Assembly: GCA_038496445.1 (NCBI GenBank)
Contig: JALMLS010000484.1
Span: forward strand, 62,001 to 126,000
Length of the DNA: 64,000 nt
Origin: Trichosphaerium sp. ATCC 40318
Taxonomy: Eukaryota > Protista > Tubulinea
Reading direction: 5' to 3'
Shown here piece after piece: positions 12,005-24,500 of the stretch. The position numbers were made by a program, and so were the translations under genes. Positions within the stretch are counted from its first letter, which is position 1. Every line of letters begins with the position of its first letter. The notes beneath the pieces were generated by a model. It made no database searches, was not told where the DNA came from, and worked only from the letters and a program-made list of their open reading frames with translations.

Positions 12005-13816
12005 ATGGCTGCAGCGCAACATGGAATAGCACGTATTGGATCACTTCCAGTAGAGCAAAGAGCGCCTGTACGCGCGGAAAAACGACGCTCTGGCAGTTCT
12101 TCTACTGAAACCGTACCTCATCACATGATTGGACTTTTCAAGTACTTGACTCAATTCTACACCAACGCCAACTCACGTTATTTTGTGTTTTTCTTTTTTC
12201 TGAATTTTTCGGCTTTGCATTTTTTTAAAAAGGCTCAATTGCTTACCAGGGCGTAGGGGCACATCTTATCAGGCGTCTCAATTTATTAACTGCCTCTCTC
12301 CGAGCAGTTGGCCTCCTCCTTCTTATGATGCGTCCCCACAAGGTACGTCACAAACGTCACAAACGCCACTACCGTTGTACGTAATTTCAAGGGCTAACGC
12401 GGTTTTTTAGGCGAACAACAAGCCTGGAATTCTCGTGCGCCAGGGTACCCAAACCAAAACCAAAACCAGTTCTCTGGCCCTTATAGTCGTGCATTGCAAA
12501 CAGAGAGCAGTGTGCCTCTCGGTTATGGACCTGGTGGTGAAGATGATTGGCTTGGTGTTGTTGGACAGCTTGAGCTTGATTCAAGTAATGCTAACCAACT
12601 GGACGTTGAATCTGCCTCTCGTTTACGTTCTCTGTCTAATCCTCAAGCGCCTCAGCGTCATTCAAGTCCATTACCATCACCTCGAATGAGGAAGCAACGT
12701 AGTCGTTCTATGCTAGAGGAACCTGATTTTGGACCTGCTGCTTTTGCTGCAGGGTCTGGTGGTGCACGTAGAGGCGGATATCGCCGTGCTGCACATTCTG
12801 GGTACGTGAAATTTCACGTTTTTTTAATTTCTCTTTTGACAAAAGTGAACAACTATTTTTCAGTTGTTTTTTTATTGTTTATTTGTATGTTTTGCGTTGT
12901 TTTAACATAAACGAAGATATAAAATTATTTATTTATTTTTTTCTGCAGGACTACATCTCAGCGATTTGGTGCATTGACTGATGTTGATGAACTGGGCGTA
13001 GGCTTTGATAATATGAAAGTATCACAGTCTCAGATGCATATGCGTAATAATAATATGTCAAATGGATCTTATAACCAAGGACATCGTGGAAAATCAAATT
13101 TTAGAGGAAAACGCGATACCTCATCACGCTTTCGTAAGAATTCTCAGCAAAGATCGCGTATGCGTTCTCGTTCCAGGTCTAGAACGTAAGTACCGAGATC
13201 CTCCCATAGTCTGTGTGGTGTTTTTCGTGATTTTATAAATGACTAATGAGATGTGTAGTAGGAAGGAGGACGATCCATCAAAATATGAGCTTGATATTGC
13301 TGCTGTACTCAATAGTGAAGATATTAGAACTACATTGATGGTTAAGAATATTCCTAATAAATACGACCAAGAGATGCTATTAGAGGCAATCAATAAGCAC
13401 CATGAGGGAGCATTTGATTTTTTTTATTTGCCGATTGATTTTCGGGTACGTCATTCCTTTTATTTACCCTTTTGTTGATGTTTATTGTTGGGGTTTTTTT
13501 TTGTTGGTTGTAAGTTGTACTTATTTTTTGTTTGTTTTGTAGAACAAATGCAACGTTGGATATGCCTTTATCAATTTTATCGATCCAAAATCGATTGCTG
13601 CTTTTCACGAGGAGTTCAACAACAAAAAGTGGGAGAAATTCAACAGTGAGAAGGTTTGTAAACTTACCTACGCGAGGTACGTTATCGAATGTTTGATGAA
13701 TTGTTTTTTTTTTTTTTTTTGAAGGGTAATCGCTACGACCTATGGACTCACACTGATTTTCTAGGATTCAAGGGCCACGTCAAGCTGCCAAGAACCTCCC
13801 TAACAATAACAACTGA
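12005..13816 (+). CDS. Mei2-like RNA-binding protein with only the C-terminal Mei2-type RRM recognisable; start uncertain
   Basis: [56 protein letters not shown]; low-complexity Ser/Arg-rich N-terminus. Confidence 0.85.
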
Positions 13817-14066
13817 ATCGGCCAGTTTTTTTTTTCATTTTTTTATCGTCCTGTTTTTAAACTCGGGACTGCCGCACCTGTACGAATAATTTATAGTGTA
13901 CATAAAGTATTGTTTTTTTGTTCTATTAGTATTATTTTTTTGGTACTTTGTTGATGGGAGTTTTTATGAAGAAGCAAGTGAAAGACGTGTGATTGATAAG
14001 TGAACGTTTTTTTTCACGTGTTTTATTTTACTACAAGTACATGATTGTTTTGTTTCATTGGTCGCT

Positions 14067-14610
14067 TTAGAAGCCACCCAACGATGTGCTGACGCCTAGG
14101 GATGCTATATAATGCTTGTACTTTGACCAAGCATCCTTTGGAAGGAGTTTGTATGATGGAAATGGGCCGTTATCCATTATGAGTTTGTATGCGCGAGTTT
14201 GTAATTTAACTAGTTCTGGACATTTACGGTACTGAACGTCTTCGTCAGATTCTAAATCCTGCTCGAGTACATAGTCTACCAATATTAAGCTCATTAGCTT
14301 TGACACGTGAGAAGCTGTGCTTTTGATACTAGGTAAATACAGTTAGAAACAATGAAAGAGTAGAGCAGTTGAGAAAATGTTACTTACAGGTTCCAACTAT
14401 TTGATTGAATATGTGTTGCAAGTCGTTTATGCAATGTTCTTATTGGTTCACAACATTGTGTAATATTTTCAATATGTGTTGCTTGTAGGCGAATATGATG
14501 TCTTCTTGTTGTTGTTTGCATGTTTGGACTGAGTTGTTGTTGTCTGTGTTGTAGATGAGTTCAATTGATTTTTTGAAAGTTTGAAATACAGAAAAGTCGA
14601 TTATTTTCAT
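14067..14610 (-). pseudogene. Two-exon hypothetical gene with one in-frame TAA
   Basis: ATG at 14610; a GTAAGT...TAG intron (about 14330-14387) joins in frame to the 14067-14306 ORF; single internal TAA at 14440-14442. Confidence 0.5.
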
Positions 14611-14914
14611 TCAATCATGGTTATCGATCATATCACTCTATACAATCGCTTTAAACTCTCCCAATTGTATGTACACAAATGCTACTTAAGAGTTTTTGAT
14701 TGAAAGTAGAAGAAAGAGTGATTGATTTCTATGATTGAAAAATAAAGTTGTGTCATTAATCAAATTTCTCATTCTGAGTGAAAAGTAGTGTCTGAGTCAT
14801 ATTATAATATTAATGATTAACAACGTGATGCTCTTTTCATATTAACTGTACAACGAAGTCCTTGTGCCAAAAAAGTCGCTTCAGGTTTTGTTTAATGTGG
14901 GAGTTGCACGTTGA

Positions 14915-15650
14915 CGTGTATACCCATAAAACCTCTAGAAACTATGCTACAGCTACTAAACGATAAAGGCAAGATAGCCTTCACTTGTCATACGATATTA
15001 GATATTTCCAAGGTGCACTTCAACAAGCAACAGCGCACCAAGGACGTCTAATGTGCTGAACAAAACGCTGAAATGCGCAACAGTGCTCAAGTACAACCTT
15101 CAAAGCAAAATTTATGAAAAAAGCATAAAAAGTTGCAAAGATGTCGGTAACGACAGGCAACCCGACCACCCCCTTTTGTCTTGTATGGAGTGTAGTTACG
15201 TTAACATTGTTACCTATTTTTACGATTCTTTCGGTTATTGATTCATTTTAAGGCAAATGCAACTTTGTTCGATTTGCTCGATTGCAACATGAGATCGTCA
15301 AAGAAATGGTCGAGAAACTAAAAATACCCAACGGCGACGACTGTTGGTTTAACTGAAATGTATCAAAAGGGGCAGTACTTTGTCGCGCACAAATCATGCT
15401 CTTTTTTTAACACGTGAAAAACATGGTTTGTGTATGCACCTTTGTTTCAAGTTAATCCAAGACTTTCTTCACCAATGGTCCCAGTGGTTACAGCCTCATA
15501 TTTGCCCCGATGTAAAGAGGCAACTACAGCTTTTTGCTGTGGGACAAACTCCTCTACACCTAATACGAGCTGCAGAAGCACTTGTAGGGCTTCTAAAACC
15601 CTTTTGATCGGAAACTAAAGCGCTTTAGTATACAAAAAGATCTAGAAGAA
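14915..15650 (+). pseudogene. Degraded paralog of the gene at 47931-49085
   Basis: PIKPLETMLQLLNDKGKIAFTCHTILDI matches PLKPIERLLELLDARGKLAFTCHTLLDI; EMVEKLKIPNGDDCWFN*NVS matches EMVAKIMLKIPDGDNCWFNWNVS with TGG>TGA; frameshifts present. Confidence 0.8.
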
Positions 15651-16234
15651 GTAGAGACTAAAGAAATAAATAACTTTTGTCAAAAAGGTGGGTGAGTTAG
15701 GTGGTATTCTAGGATTGTTAATCATATTAACAATCACAGCAAAATATGTATGTAGTACATAGATCCTTTGTAGCGTTTCTCCAGTTACAAGCTGATGGGT
15801 CCACTACGAACAAGAATTCTAGCAGGTGTTGATTTACTCGATTGTGTTTGGATGTTTTTTAAAGTGCATGGCAACTTAAAGTGTTGTTTCACGTGAAGCG
15901 TGATTGTAAATGGAAGAAATAAACAAGAATTCATCCGAATTAGTTTAATAGGAAAAGAAATGCACTTTTTTTTGGTTAGATTGAACTTAATTGCAGGGTA
16001 TCGAAAGCAATGCTTATTGTTGCGCTGTCAAACATTGGAAAAATTTACTACATTATCGTTGCTTTGGATATTGAACTGGCCAAGCGTTTCATACGATAAG
16101 TGGACTTGCGTTTTACATTGAAACTTTATTAACGGTTTACAGCTTATTTAGGTTTCATTGCATGTCTTTGTTCCTTGTTCAACTGTAGAGAGTATTAGAA
16201 TAGGAAAGCGGTTGTGACTTTACATACTATTAGT

Positions 16235-16417
16235 TTAGTAGCATCTGTAACCATAACATCCGTGGTTTGGGCGGCAAATAGTTGGACGAGGAGGATGGCA
16301 AGGGCGTGGAGGTGGGCATGAAGGTCTGCAAATTGTTGGTCTACAACCTCCTCCGCAGCTAATGCTAGGGCGCGGGCAAGGGCTGTAACAAGGGCGATGG
16401 CATCCGTAGTAAGGCAT
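16235..16417 (-). CDS. 60-aa Cys/Pro/Arg-rich protein
   Basis: MPYYGCHRPCYSPCPRP...CRPTICRPSCPPPRPCHPPRPTICRP...; GC-rich island, A-rich start context, internal RPTICRP repeat. Confidence 0.7.
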   Translation of the reverse strand: MPYYGCHRPCYSPCPRPSISCGGGCRPTICRPSCPPPRPCHPPRPTICRPNHGCYGYRCY

Positions 16418-17104
16418 TATTGTTGTCTGTTGATGTTTATGTAGTGTTGTACGTAACAATTTGTTTGTGAGCGAAAACCTGTTGTAATTTTATTAAGTGA
16501 AATAAAACTGCGTTCTAAGGACGCTGAATAACGCAACGGGAATGCCAAGTTCTCACAGACGATATCATTCAAATGTAGCTTTACTTTTCTTCATGTTCCT
16601 TATATATTTGGACACGTGTGTGGCATATTTTTAAACGGTTGGCAGAATAATTGTTATTGTCCCAGAATGTGGCCGTTTATTTTCAGAAGGTAGTAGTTGT
16701 TTGAGTCTGTTAGACGAAATAATAGTAGGTAAACTTCAGAAAAGAATAAGGTCAGAAAAGAACGCGTCATAAGGAAAGAAAATCATGAACTACGTTACGT
16801 TTTCCCGCAATACAACCTCGCTATTAATGGTCAAGTAGGTTAAATGCTATGAACGAACTAACCAAGTAATTGGTGAACGAACTCAGAACTGTAGAACGCC
16901 GTTGTTTTTTTTCCTCCCTTGTAACCTTCACCAGCGATAGATGATTCGTGTTAAAACACTCATAAAAAAAAAGAGACTTTCTAACAAAAAACCACCTGTC
17001 AATAATCTTAAATAGCAGGATATCACAAAGGACAATGACTTAACACCGTTTAACATATCTTCATTTCTCATCATTCACCCAAACAACAAACAACAACTCT
17101 CATA

Positions 17105-17636
17105 ATGACTTCTATCTGTGTTGAAGACGCCTGCGTTAAAGTTGAGTACACTGTACCAGCCAACCTCGATGACAAGACCACATACTGCTGTAAAGTTAAC
17201 TTTACCAACAAGCTCCCTATCCCAATCACCGACTGCTTGGCTTACGTCGATGTTGACGAGGACTCTCCTTTCCACTCTGAGGTCATGACTTGCGGTGGTT
17301 CTGGTGATCTCGACAAAGTCACCCTTGACTTCGGTCACATCGCCGCTGGAGGGTACGCAAACTGTTTTTTTTTACATTTATAAAACGACACTTTCATTCT
17401 TTGAACAAAAAACGGTTATTGATAGCTTCCTTTCTCGTGTTTCCGTTTGCTTCTACAGCGTACTAATTTTACTTTTTAGATGCAAGTCCAAAGGATTCAA
17501 GTTTGCATTCCCAAAGCTCGACAAGGACATGCCAAAACAAAACTTCCACGGTATCTTCCAATTGGCTCCTAAATTTGAAGTCGACTACTCCAAATGGGGT
17601 GGTGTGTCTAAGGAAGCTGATGTCACTGCCAAGTAA
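17105..17636 (+). CDS. ~135-aa hypothetical protein, probable beta-sandwich, 2 exons
   Basis: Intron GTACGC...TTTAG (17353-17479) joins two ORFs in frame; strong bias to C-ending codons; AATAAA downstream. Confidence 0.8.
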
Positions 17637-18047
17637 ACCTTGCAAGAAAGCTTGAGATTATAATTTGTTCGATACTGATCCTGGTGTTGTATCAAAAGTA
17701 AATCAATAAAAAAACCTCAGTTGCCATATTTTTTATGTTGTTTTTATATTTGTCACGTGTTTCTCTTTGTCACGTGTATAAAACGTGTTTGTCACTTTTG
17801 GTTTTCTTTCAGCGTTTTTTAGTAGTTCTTTGTTTGTAGCCCAGACTGAAGAACAAATTAACAGGCTTGCTTCGAAGCCTTGATAAACCGTAGGACTTAT
17901 TCGTGCTGATTCAAACATTACAGGTTTACTGTTTTTGCAATAGTTTTATTTGGATTATCAGTAAGTGGATGTACATTTATCCATGCATCTCTAGTCAACG
18001 ATATTTTAGTCTAACTTTACAATACTTCAAACCATGATCTCGTGGAC

Positions 18048-18500
18048 TCATCCTAGTGCTTGTATACCCTGAGACGTAACAGCGGTATCAGTGATAAAGT
18101 GCGCTCCATCAAGAATTTTACTTCCTTCATCTGTCAGAAGCGTACAGCCACTAATGTTAATAGAATGAACTCCTGCAAGGGCTTTAATGCCTTCATCAGT
18201 GACAGCGGTGTAGTCCAAGTTAATTTTATGAACCCCTCCAAGAGCCTTGACACCCTTGCTGGTTACAGCAGTCAGCAATGTGGTATTGCAAATCGTTCAA
18301 AACAATTGTAGTTCGAATAAATAAATGATTGTAGATCTGCACTTCTCGACAAACACAAATGGGTTGAGTTTTCAAGTATTGATATTACTTTATCGTTCAA
18401 CACGCCTGTCACAGCATCAAATTGGCGCACGATTCACTTTCTTAGCGCCTGGCTCAACTGTGTTCATTTCTATGTGCAAGGCCATAGCGAAGACAAATTC
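18048..18500 (-). pseudogene. F-box/LRR family fragment
   Basis: Repeats ALGGVHKINLDYTAVTDEGIKALAGVHSINISGC of the same type as 29260-30967; truncated, no intact 5' frame. Confidence 0.7.
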
Positions 18501-18583
18501 CTAAATTCCGTAAATGATGGTGAATGCTTAACCATCAATCGGACTTAAACTACGCTTGAGTTCACTCACTTTATTTACAAAAA

Positions 18584-18835
18584 ATGCCACATGACTCTAC
18601 AAGGGTCGTGGTAGGTGTACGACGGCGCCAGGGAAAGATGCGTAGGTATCAAGCTTATGTGAGCAATAACCAACACCAACAGGTATGCTGTACGTTTTTT
18701 CGCATACAGGGTTAACTAAATAACTAGTTTGGTGATGTACATAATCAAATGCTACATTTCAGCGATATACCACCTCTTGTCAACACCTACGCCCATGTGA
18801 CGCCATCTGTAGTCATACAAGGACGCTTAAACTAG
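18584..18835 (+). CDS. Possible small two-exon hypothetical protein (~68 aa)
   Basis: AAAATG start, open frame to CAG|GTATGC, 45-nt intron, in-frame second exon; no recognisable homology. Confidence 0.3.
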
Positions 18836-19337
18836 ATATGTCATTTGTGATTAATCCGACCCTTCAAAACCCTGTGTATATACCGCAAAACCAATGAGCG
18901 AACCACGTCAACAGCCCTTCTGCTATTTTTTATTTTTTTTGAGCCACAACGTCCTAAACTGTACATATCTATAAACAAACGAATGTTTGAGGTGTGATAT
19001 CGCCCATCAACACAAGCGGCGCCATGTATATTAAACAATAAACAATAAAATCCACAAACTCCAAACTGACAACTTTCTGAAAACCAACCAAAAAAAAAAA
19101 TGGAAAACTTTTCTTACAACGAATTCTCAGTTACACCATTTGTTACTCCGATATTCACTTACCAATATTGACTATTGACTCTAATTAAATACTATGAAAT
19201 ATGAAAAAACGTTTCATATCATAGTTACTCTGTGCTTTCTATCAATTTCTTTTTTTTTATTTTTTGATTATTTTTTTTCAAAAGAAGATCAAAAAAAAAA
19301 ATGTCTATCACACATATTAATACATGTCTACATTTTT

Positions 19338-21084
19338 TTAAGCATAGTCGTAGTTCTTTACATAATTAATAGCTTCATAATTCTTAAACTCATCAGGATT
19401 GTAAAATTTTTCAAAAATGAGAGGAAATGGTGTATCGTAACCACAAACACGTTGTATTGGTGCTTCCAAGTGCAAGAAACATCTCTCTTGGATAGCAGCA
19501 GATATTTCTGCTCCAAATCCACTTGTTTTAGGTGCTTCGTGGCTAGTAAAAAAACATAAGATTAACAGCACACGTGACAAAAAAAACACCCAATGAAAAG
19601 GTCTTTGAAGTTTTCAGTTGATGTTGTTATTCAAATCATTGTTTTTATATTGTTACCTGATGATAAGTCTACCAGTCTTCTTTACTGATGCTTCAACAAG
19701 ATCAACATCCCATGGAGCAAGTGTACGCAAGTCGATTAGCTCACATGATACTTGTAACTTCTCCTCAGCAAGCGCGCAAGCACGCTTCAATACTTTCATT
19801 TGTGCACCCCAGCCTAAAGTAGCTTGTGAGTCCACTGAACTTCAGTAACAAAAAAAAAAGAAGACTCCAAAACTGAATAAGCAGCTCAAAAAAAGAAATA
19901 TTATCAAAGTTTGAGAATCAAAGTTCAAAAGCAGCGCTGACTAATTCGAAAATATTCGAAAAAAAAAAACAATAATTTACTTTTTCGAAAAAAATTGTCG
20001 TTGAGCCGCACCAACAATAGTCACATCAGTGCCCTCCTGTTCAATCTTTCCTTTACCCAAAGGAATCATATAGTCGCCTGTAGGAACCTTTTTATCGAAG
20101 TTAGATACTAATAAATCAAACGGCACTCAAAAAACCCCAAAAAAAAAAAAAAAAAAAGGTGTCAAAAAGTTACCATTTCAACTGAAGATCTGTACAACCA
20201 TTTAGGCTCAAAGAACAAAACTGGATCTGGATCACGAATAGCTGATAGTAAGAGTCCCTTTGCTTCTACTGGTGTAGATGGTACAACAACCTTTAAACCA
20301 GGTGTATGTGTAAAGTATGCTTCAACTGACTGACTGTGATAGTGACCTAGAACCACATACAACGTTAAAAAACGCCTGTTTGAGAAACAAAAAGTTTTTT
20401 TTTGTAGAGCGGGTTTTTTCTTTTCCAAAACTACGCACCTCCGTGACCTACAGAACCGTATGGAGAACGGAAGGTTAGTTTCCCGCAGTCAAACTCGCCA
20501 CCAGAGCGGTAGCGATATTTCGCCGCTTCATTCGTAATCTGGCGTTGTGTTAGCGATGTGATAATACCAGTAGCGTTTAGCGAGGCGATCAAATTTCTCG
20601 CTGAACAAACATTCAATACGTACTTGGTCGAACGCTGGAAATATGTAGTCTGCGAATTGTATTTCAGCAATAGCAGTGGCTCCGTTTGCAGCCAAGCCAA
20701 TTGCAAATCCAGCGATGCCTTGTTCAGACAATGGCGTGTTAAATACCCTATCGCCGCCAAACTTCTCGCGTAGGCCAACAGAACAACGAAATACACCACC
20801 AAACGCGACATCTTCACCAAAAGTGCAGGCGCTTTTGTCAGTTTCCATAGCAATACTCATAGCGTTGTTAATGGCAGTAAATAGATTCATCTTCTCTTTT
20901 GGTTGGTCTAAACTGTGAGGGTCTTCGGTTATAACAGTGGCCTGTTGGCAATAACGCCTTGCGACTCGTTGACATTTAGGCTGCTAATGGAGCATTAGCA
21001 GTTGTACGGACTTCAACAGCAACGCACCTTCCGGGAGACGCGTTTAGAACGTGTTAAAAAGGCTTGATTGCGTATAGCTTGCAT
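19338..21084 (-). CDS. BCKDHB: Branched-chain 2-oxoacid dehydrogenase E1 beta subunit (multi-exon; first exon unresolved)
   Basis: [70 protein letters not shown]. Confidence 0.97.
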
Positions 21085-21523
21085 TGTACAGAAAAACAAC
21101 AAGAAAGATTTGTGGGCCTACTTTTTTTAAGCCAGGCTCTCGCCTTATTATGCGCAAAACATGCATTCCTAGCCGCGGTTGTACATCACATACTTGTGAC
21201 ATTGTGTTTAGAGAAACAAACACCTCATGTAGGGCGTACTGTACACTGTAGCGTCAAAATTTTGTAGATGTAATTGCGCAGTACTAAGCTACTGGTATTA
21301 TTAACAATTGAGTTGTTTTTATGTCAAGCTCGCTAATTAAAGCAAGTTGTCCATTAATGGTAGCGCAAGTTTAAATAGCGTTGTCATACTACATACAGCG
21401 GAACATTACATTCGCACGCTACACGATAAAAACGTACTTGAAGCACGCAAGTCAACGCCAATCGCAATTCGAGTTTCCATTACTCCCCCATATTTACCCC
21501 ATCCACTGGACGTTACAACATAA

Positions 21524-24500
21524 ATGACTATGCGCCAGGCGCTGCTTCTTTGCGTATTTTTCGCTTTAAGCATCTGTATTCAGTTCCAAGCTTGCCCTTT
21601 AGAACCTGAACGCAGACCTACGAACGTTAGAAGGTGGTATCCACCTCAAAACACTTCAACCTTACTGCTAATTGCAAACAGTACTTTTACAACAGGTACA
21701 CGTAACGGTAACACTGGTGCATAACGAATAAAATAGTAAGCAATATTTCAATACCTTTGACGAACCACGGTGTGGCTGTAGCATGGGGAGCAGAAAACTG
21801 GTAAGCAACACGCTGTATGCAACAACTAAACAAAAGTAGGTTTCCATCCGAGAATGGTGCAAATTACGCTCCAATTAGCTCAGGACGTTACTTAATCATT
21901 GGTGGAGGAGATACTTCAGTTGGAGGAGCCCAAAGCATCGGCTTTCACGTCATGCAAATGCGCTTTTTGTTTACAATTAGAAAGGATGGACAAGTATTCA
22001 CTGTAGAGAGCAGTGTAAACGATTTACCCTGTGCGTTTTTACACCATCTTTTTTTTTTTTTGGTTTTTGATCAAGTATTTCCGAACTAATCAAAACAAAT
22101 AGCAAACACACCACTACCAAGTATCTCAGCATCAAGAATGGAGTTTAGAGGTTTTAACACAACAGACGCCTTTAGAGAGTGGGGTGGTACGTTTTAGTTA
22201 TTTAAAACCATAGCAAACACACTGAAAAAGCCTACATAAGGGTGACATGCCTTTTAAAAGAAGTGAAAACGTTCTTCGCCCATTTACGAAAAAAGTCAAC
22301 TTCCTTTTTAAGGTATTGACCTAGCCTTACTTATGCTTTCTCTCTCTTTAGAATTCCTCAGTACAGACCCTTTTCAACGTACAAGCCCTGCTTTGGGTTA
22401 TATTGGACCTCGTTTTCCACAGACAATATCTCAACTAGGATTCGACTCAACTGCTCAGAATGATTTACCTGCAAAAGTTTTTGTTACTGGAGGAAAAAGT
22501 GGTAATCCAAGCAACTTTACGAATTCGAATAATATACCTGTTTCTATCATCACATCAAACCGCCAAGATGCTACAGTACCACCACAAAATCTTATACTAC
22601 AAAGTACGTACTGGACAGACAACCTTTTTTGTTTTGTTTTGAGTCGTTTCAAAGAATACCATAAATTCAAGAGCATGTGGAATCTTTTGTTGCAAACCAA
22701 CTAGTGTTATCATGAATTAACTATTTTTTAGCTAGAGTTGATGTAAGTCAGCTTGTTGGACAAGGTGGTGTATTTGAATGGGATGAACAAGCACCAGATC
22801 TTGCTGCATCTCACCGTGTTGGTCACTCAATGTTTGATGTTGTTGTTCCTTCCGTAAACCCTCCTCTTAGTTTTGAGCAAGGATCTTTCCTAATATGGGG
22901 AGGATACAATCCTGATACAGACGTTTACTACAACGACTTCCTACGCTTCAATATCAGTACGCACTTTTTTTGAAAGCATCCTAGAATGCTGAAAAAAAAT
23001 AGAGCGTTATTTTGTTGGGCTTTTATTTACGTTTCTTTTTTAGCTTCAAATCAGTGGGTTGATGATGTAGCAACACCTCCTGGTACACTTCCATCACCTA
23101 GATCTCATCATACTTCTGTATATATACAAAGAGGAGTTGCAGCCGGTACTTCTGGTCTTTCTATTGTTCAAAACACAAACATGATTATTTTTGGTGGTCG
23201 TAACGCGTCTGGTACACTCTTTAATGATGTCTGGGATTACGATATTTGTACGCTCTTTTTTGTGTCGTTGAGTGAATAATATTATTCTATTATTCTCACA
23301 TGGCAATCGCTCGTTTCAAAATTTCTAAAATGTACTGTAGTGGCGAATACTTGGACAAAAGTAAATGTATCTGGTACACCACCATCTCCACGATACAGAC
23401 ATAGTGCTGTAATACTTCATGCATTTGAAGGAGAGACAAATGAGTTCTTGGAAGGATCATTCGAGAGAATCATTGTCTTTGGAGGCCAAGATGAATCAGG
23501 AACATACCTGAATGACCTTTGGAGTCTTATATTAGAAAATGGGCAATGGACATGGGAACAACGTCAAGAGATTGAAAATATACCTTCTCCACGTGCAGGA
23601 CATATCGCTGTTGGATTTGGACTTGACATGATGCTTATCCATGGTGGAGACAATGGCGTTAAGGTCTTTGGCGAAGTACATTTTCTTCGTACGTTTTTTT
23701 TACCTTTTTGTGGTCAAATTCTAACCCTGGTTAAGAAATCAACTGTCCGTTCTTCTGTGAAACTTCACAAAAATGTTTGAAGTGTGAAATGGATTGTATC
23801 CACAGTATAGAATGTAATGATAGCAGTAATCCCTTCAAGTGTTCAACTGGTTGCCTTTCAGAACCACCTATGACCACCGGCGGTTGTATTGATGGTAAAT
23901 CAGATGCCAACTGTCCTTCAAACCTGCCTATCCTTTGTCCTGAGGTACAAATTTACAACCATTGAAACTAGTCATTCACTGAGAATACTAATCTCGTCTC
24001 TCAGGGTCAATGTGTTGATGATGAACGACTTTGCTCTGTGTATCCAAGATGTCCTATTGGCTACATTAAGTACGTTCTAGATCTGCCAATGCAGCAATCA
24101 TAGAATGTATTATTAACTGGTTTTCAATAGGTGTTTAGATGGGTCATGTCATTCTACCGAGTGTCCTGCTGCTGTTGCTACTGATTGTGCAAATATCACG
24201 TGTTTCACACCAGATTCAACTGTTGCAATGTGTGTAGACGATGAGACAGAATGCCCAGATACAAGGTTCGCTGGTTGTCTCCCTGGTCAGTTTCAATGCG
24301 AATTTGGTGACTGTGTATTTGATCTAAATAACTGCACAAACTGTTCCTCGTTTAATACAAGTACATCGCCATTAGATGGCGCATGTGAGGTGAGCTTTTA
24401 AAAAACCAACATTTTGGAACAACTTTTTTTTTTTGATTTCCGATTGCTGATGTGTATTTACTAGCCAATTGTTTGGGACTCTGCTGTTACTAGTAGTTTT

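Noticed and set aside
14440-14442. In-frame TAA, and TGA near 15353, as signs of a variant genetic code
   Set aside because: Conserved genes here end normally in TAA, TAG and TGA and contain no internal stops
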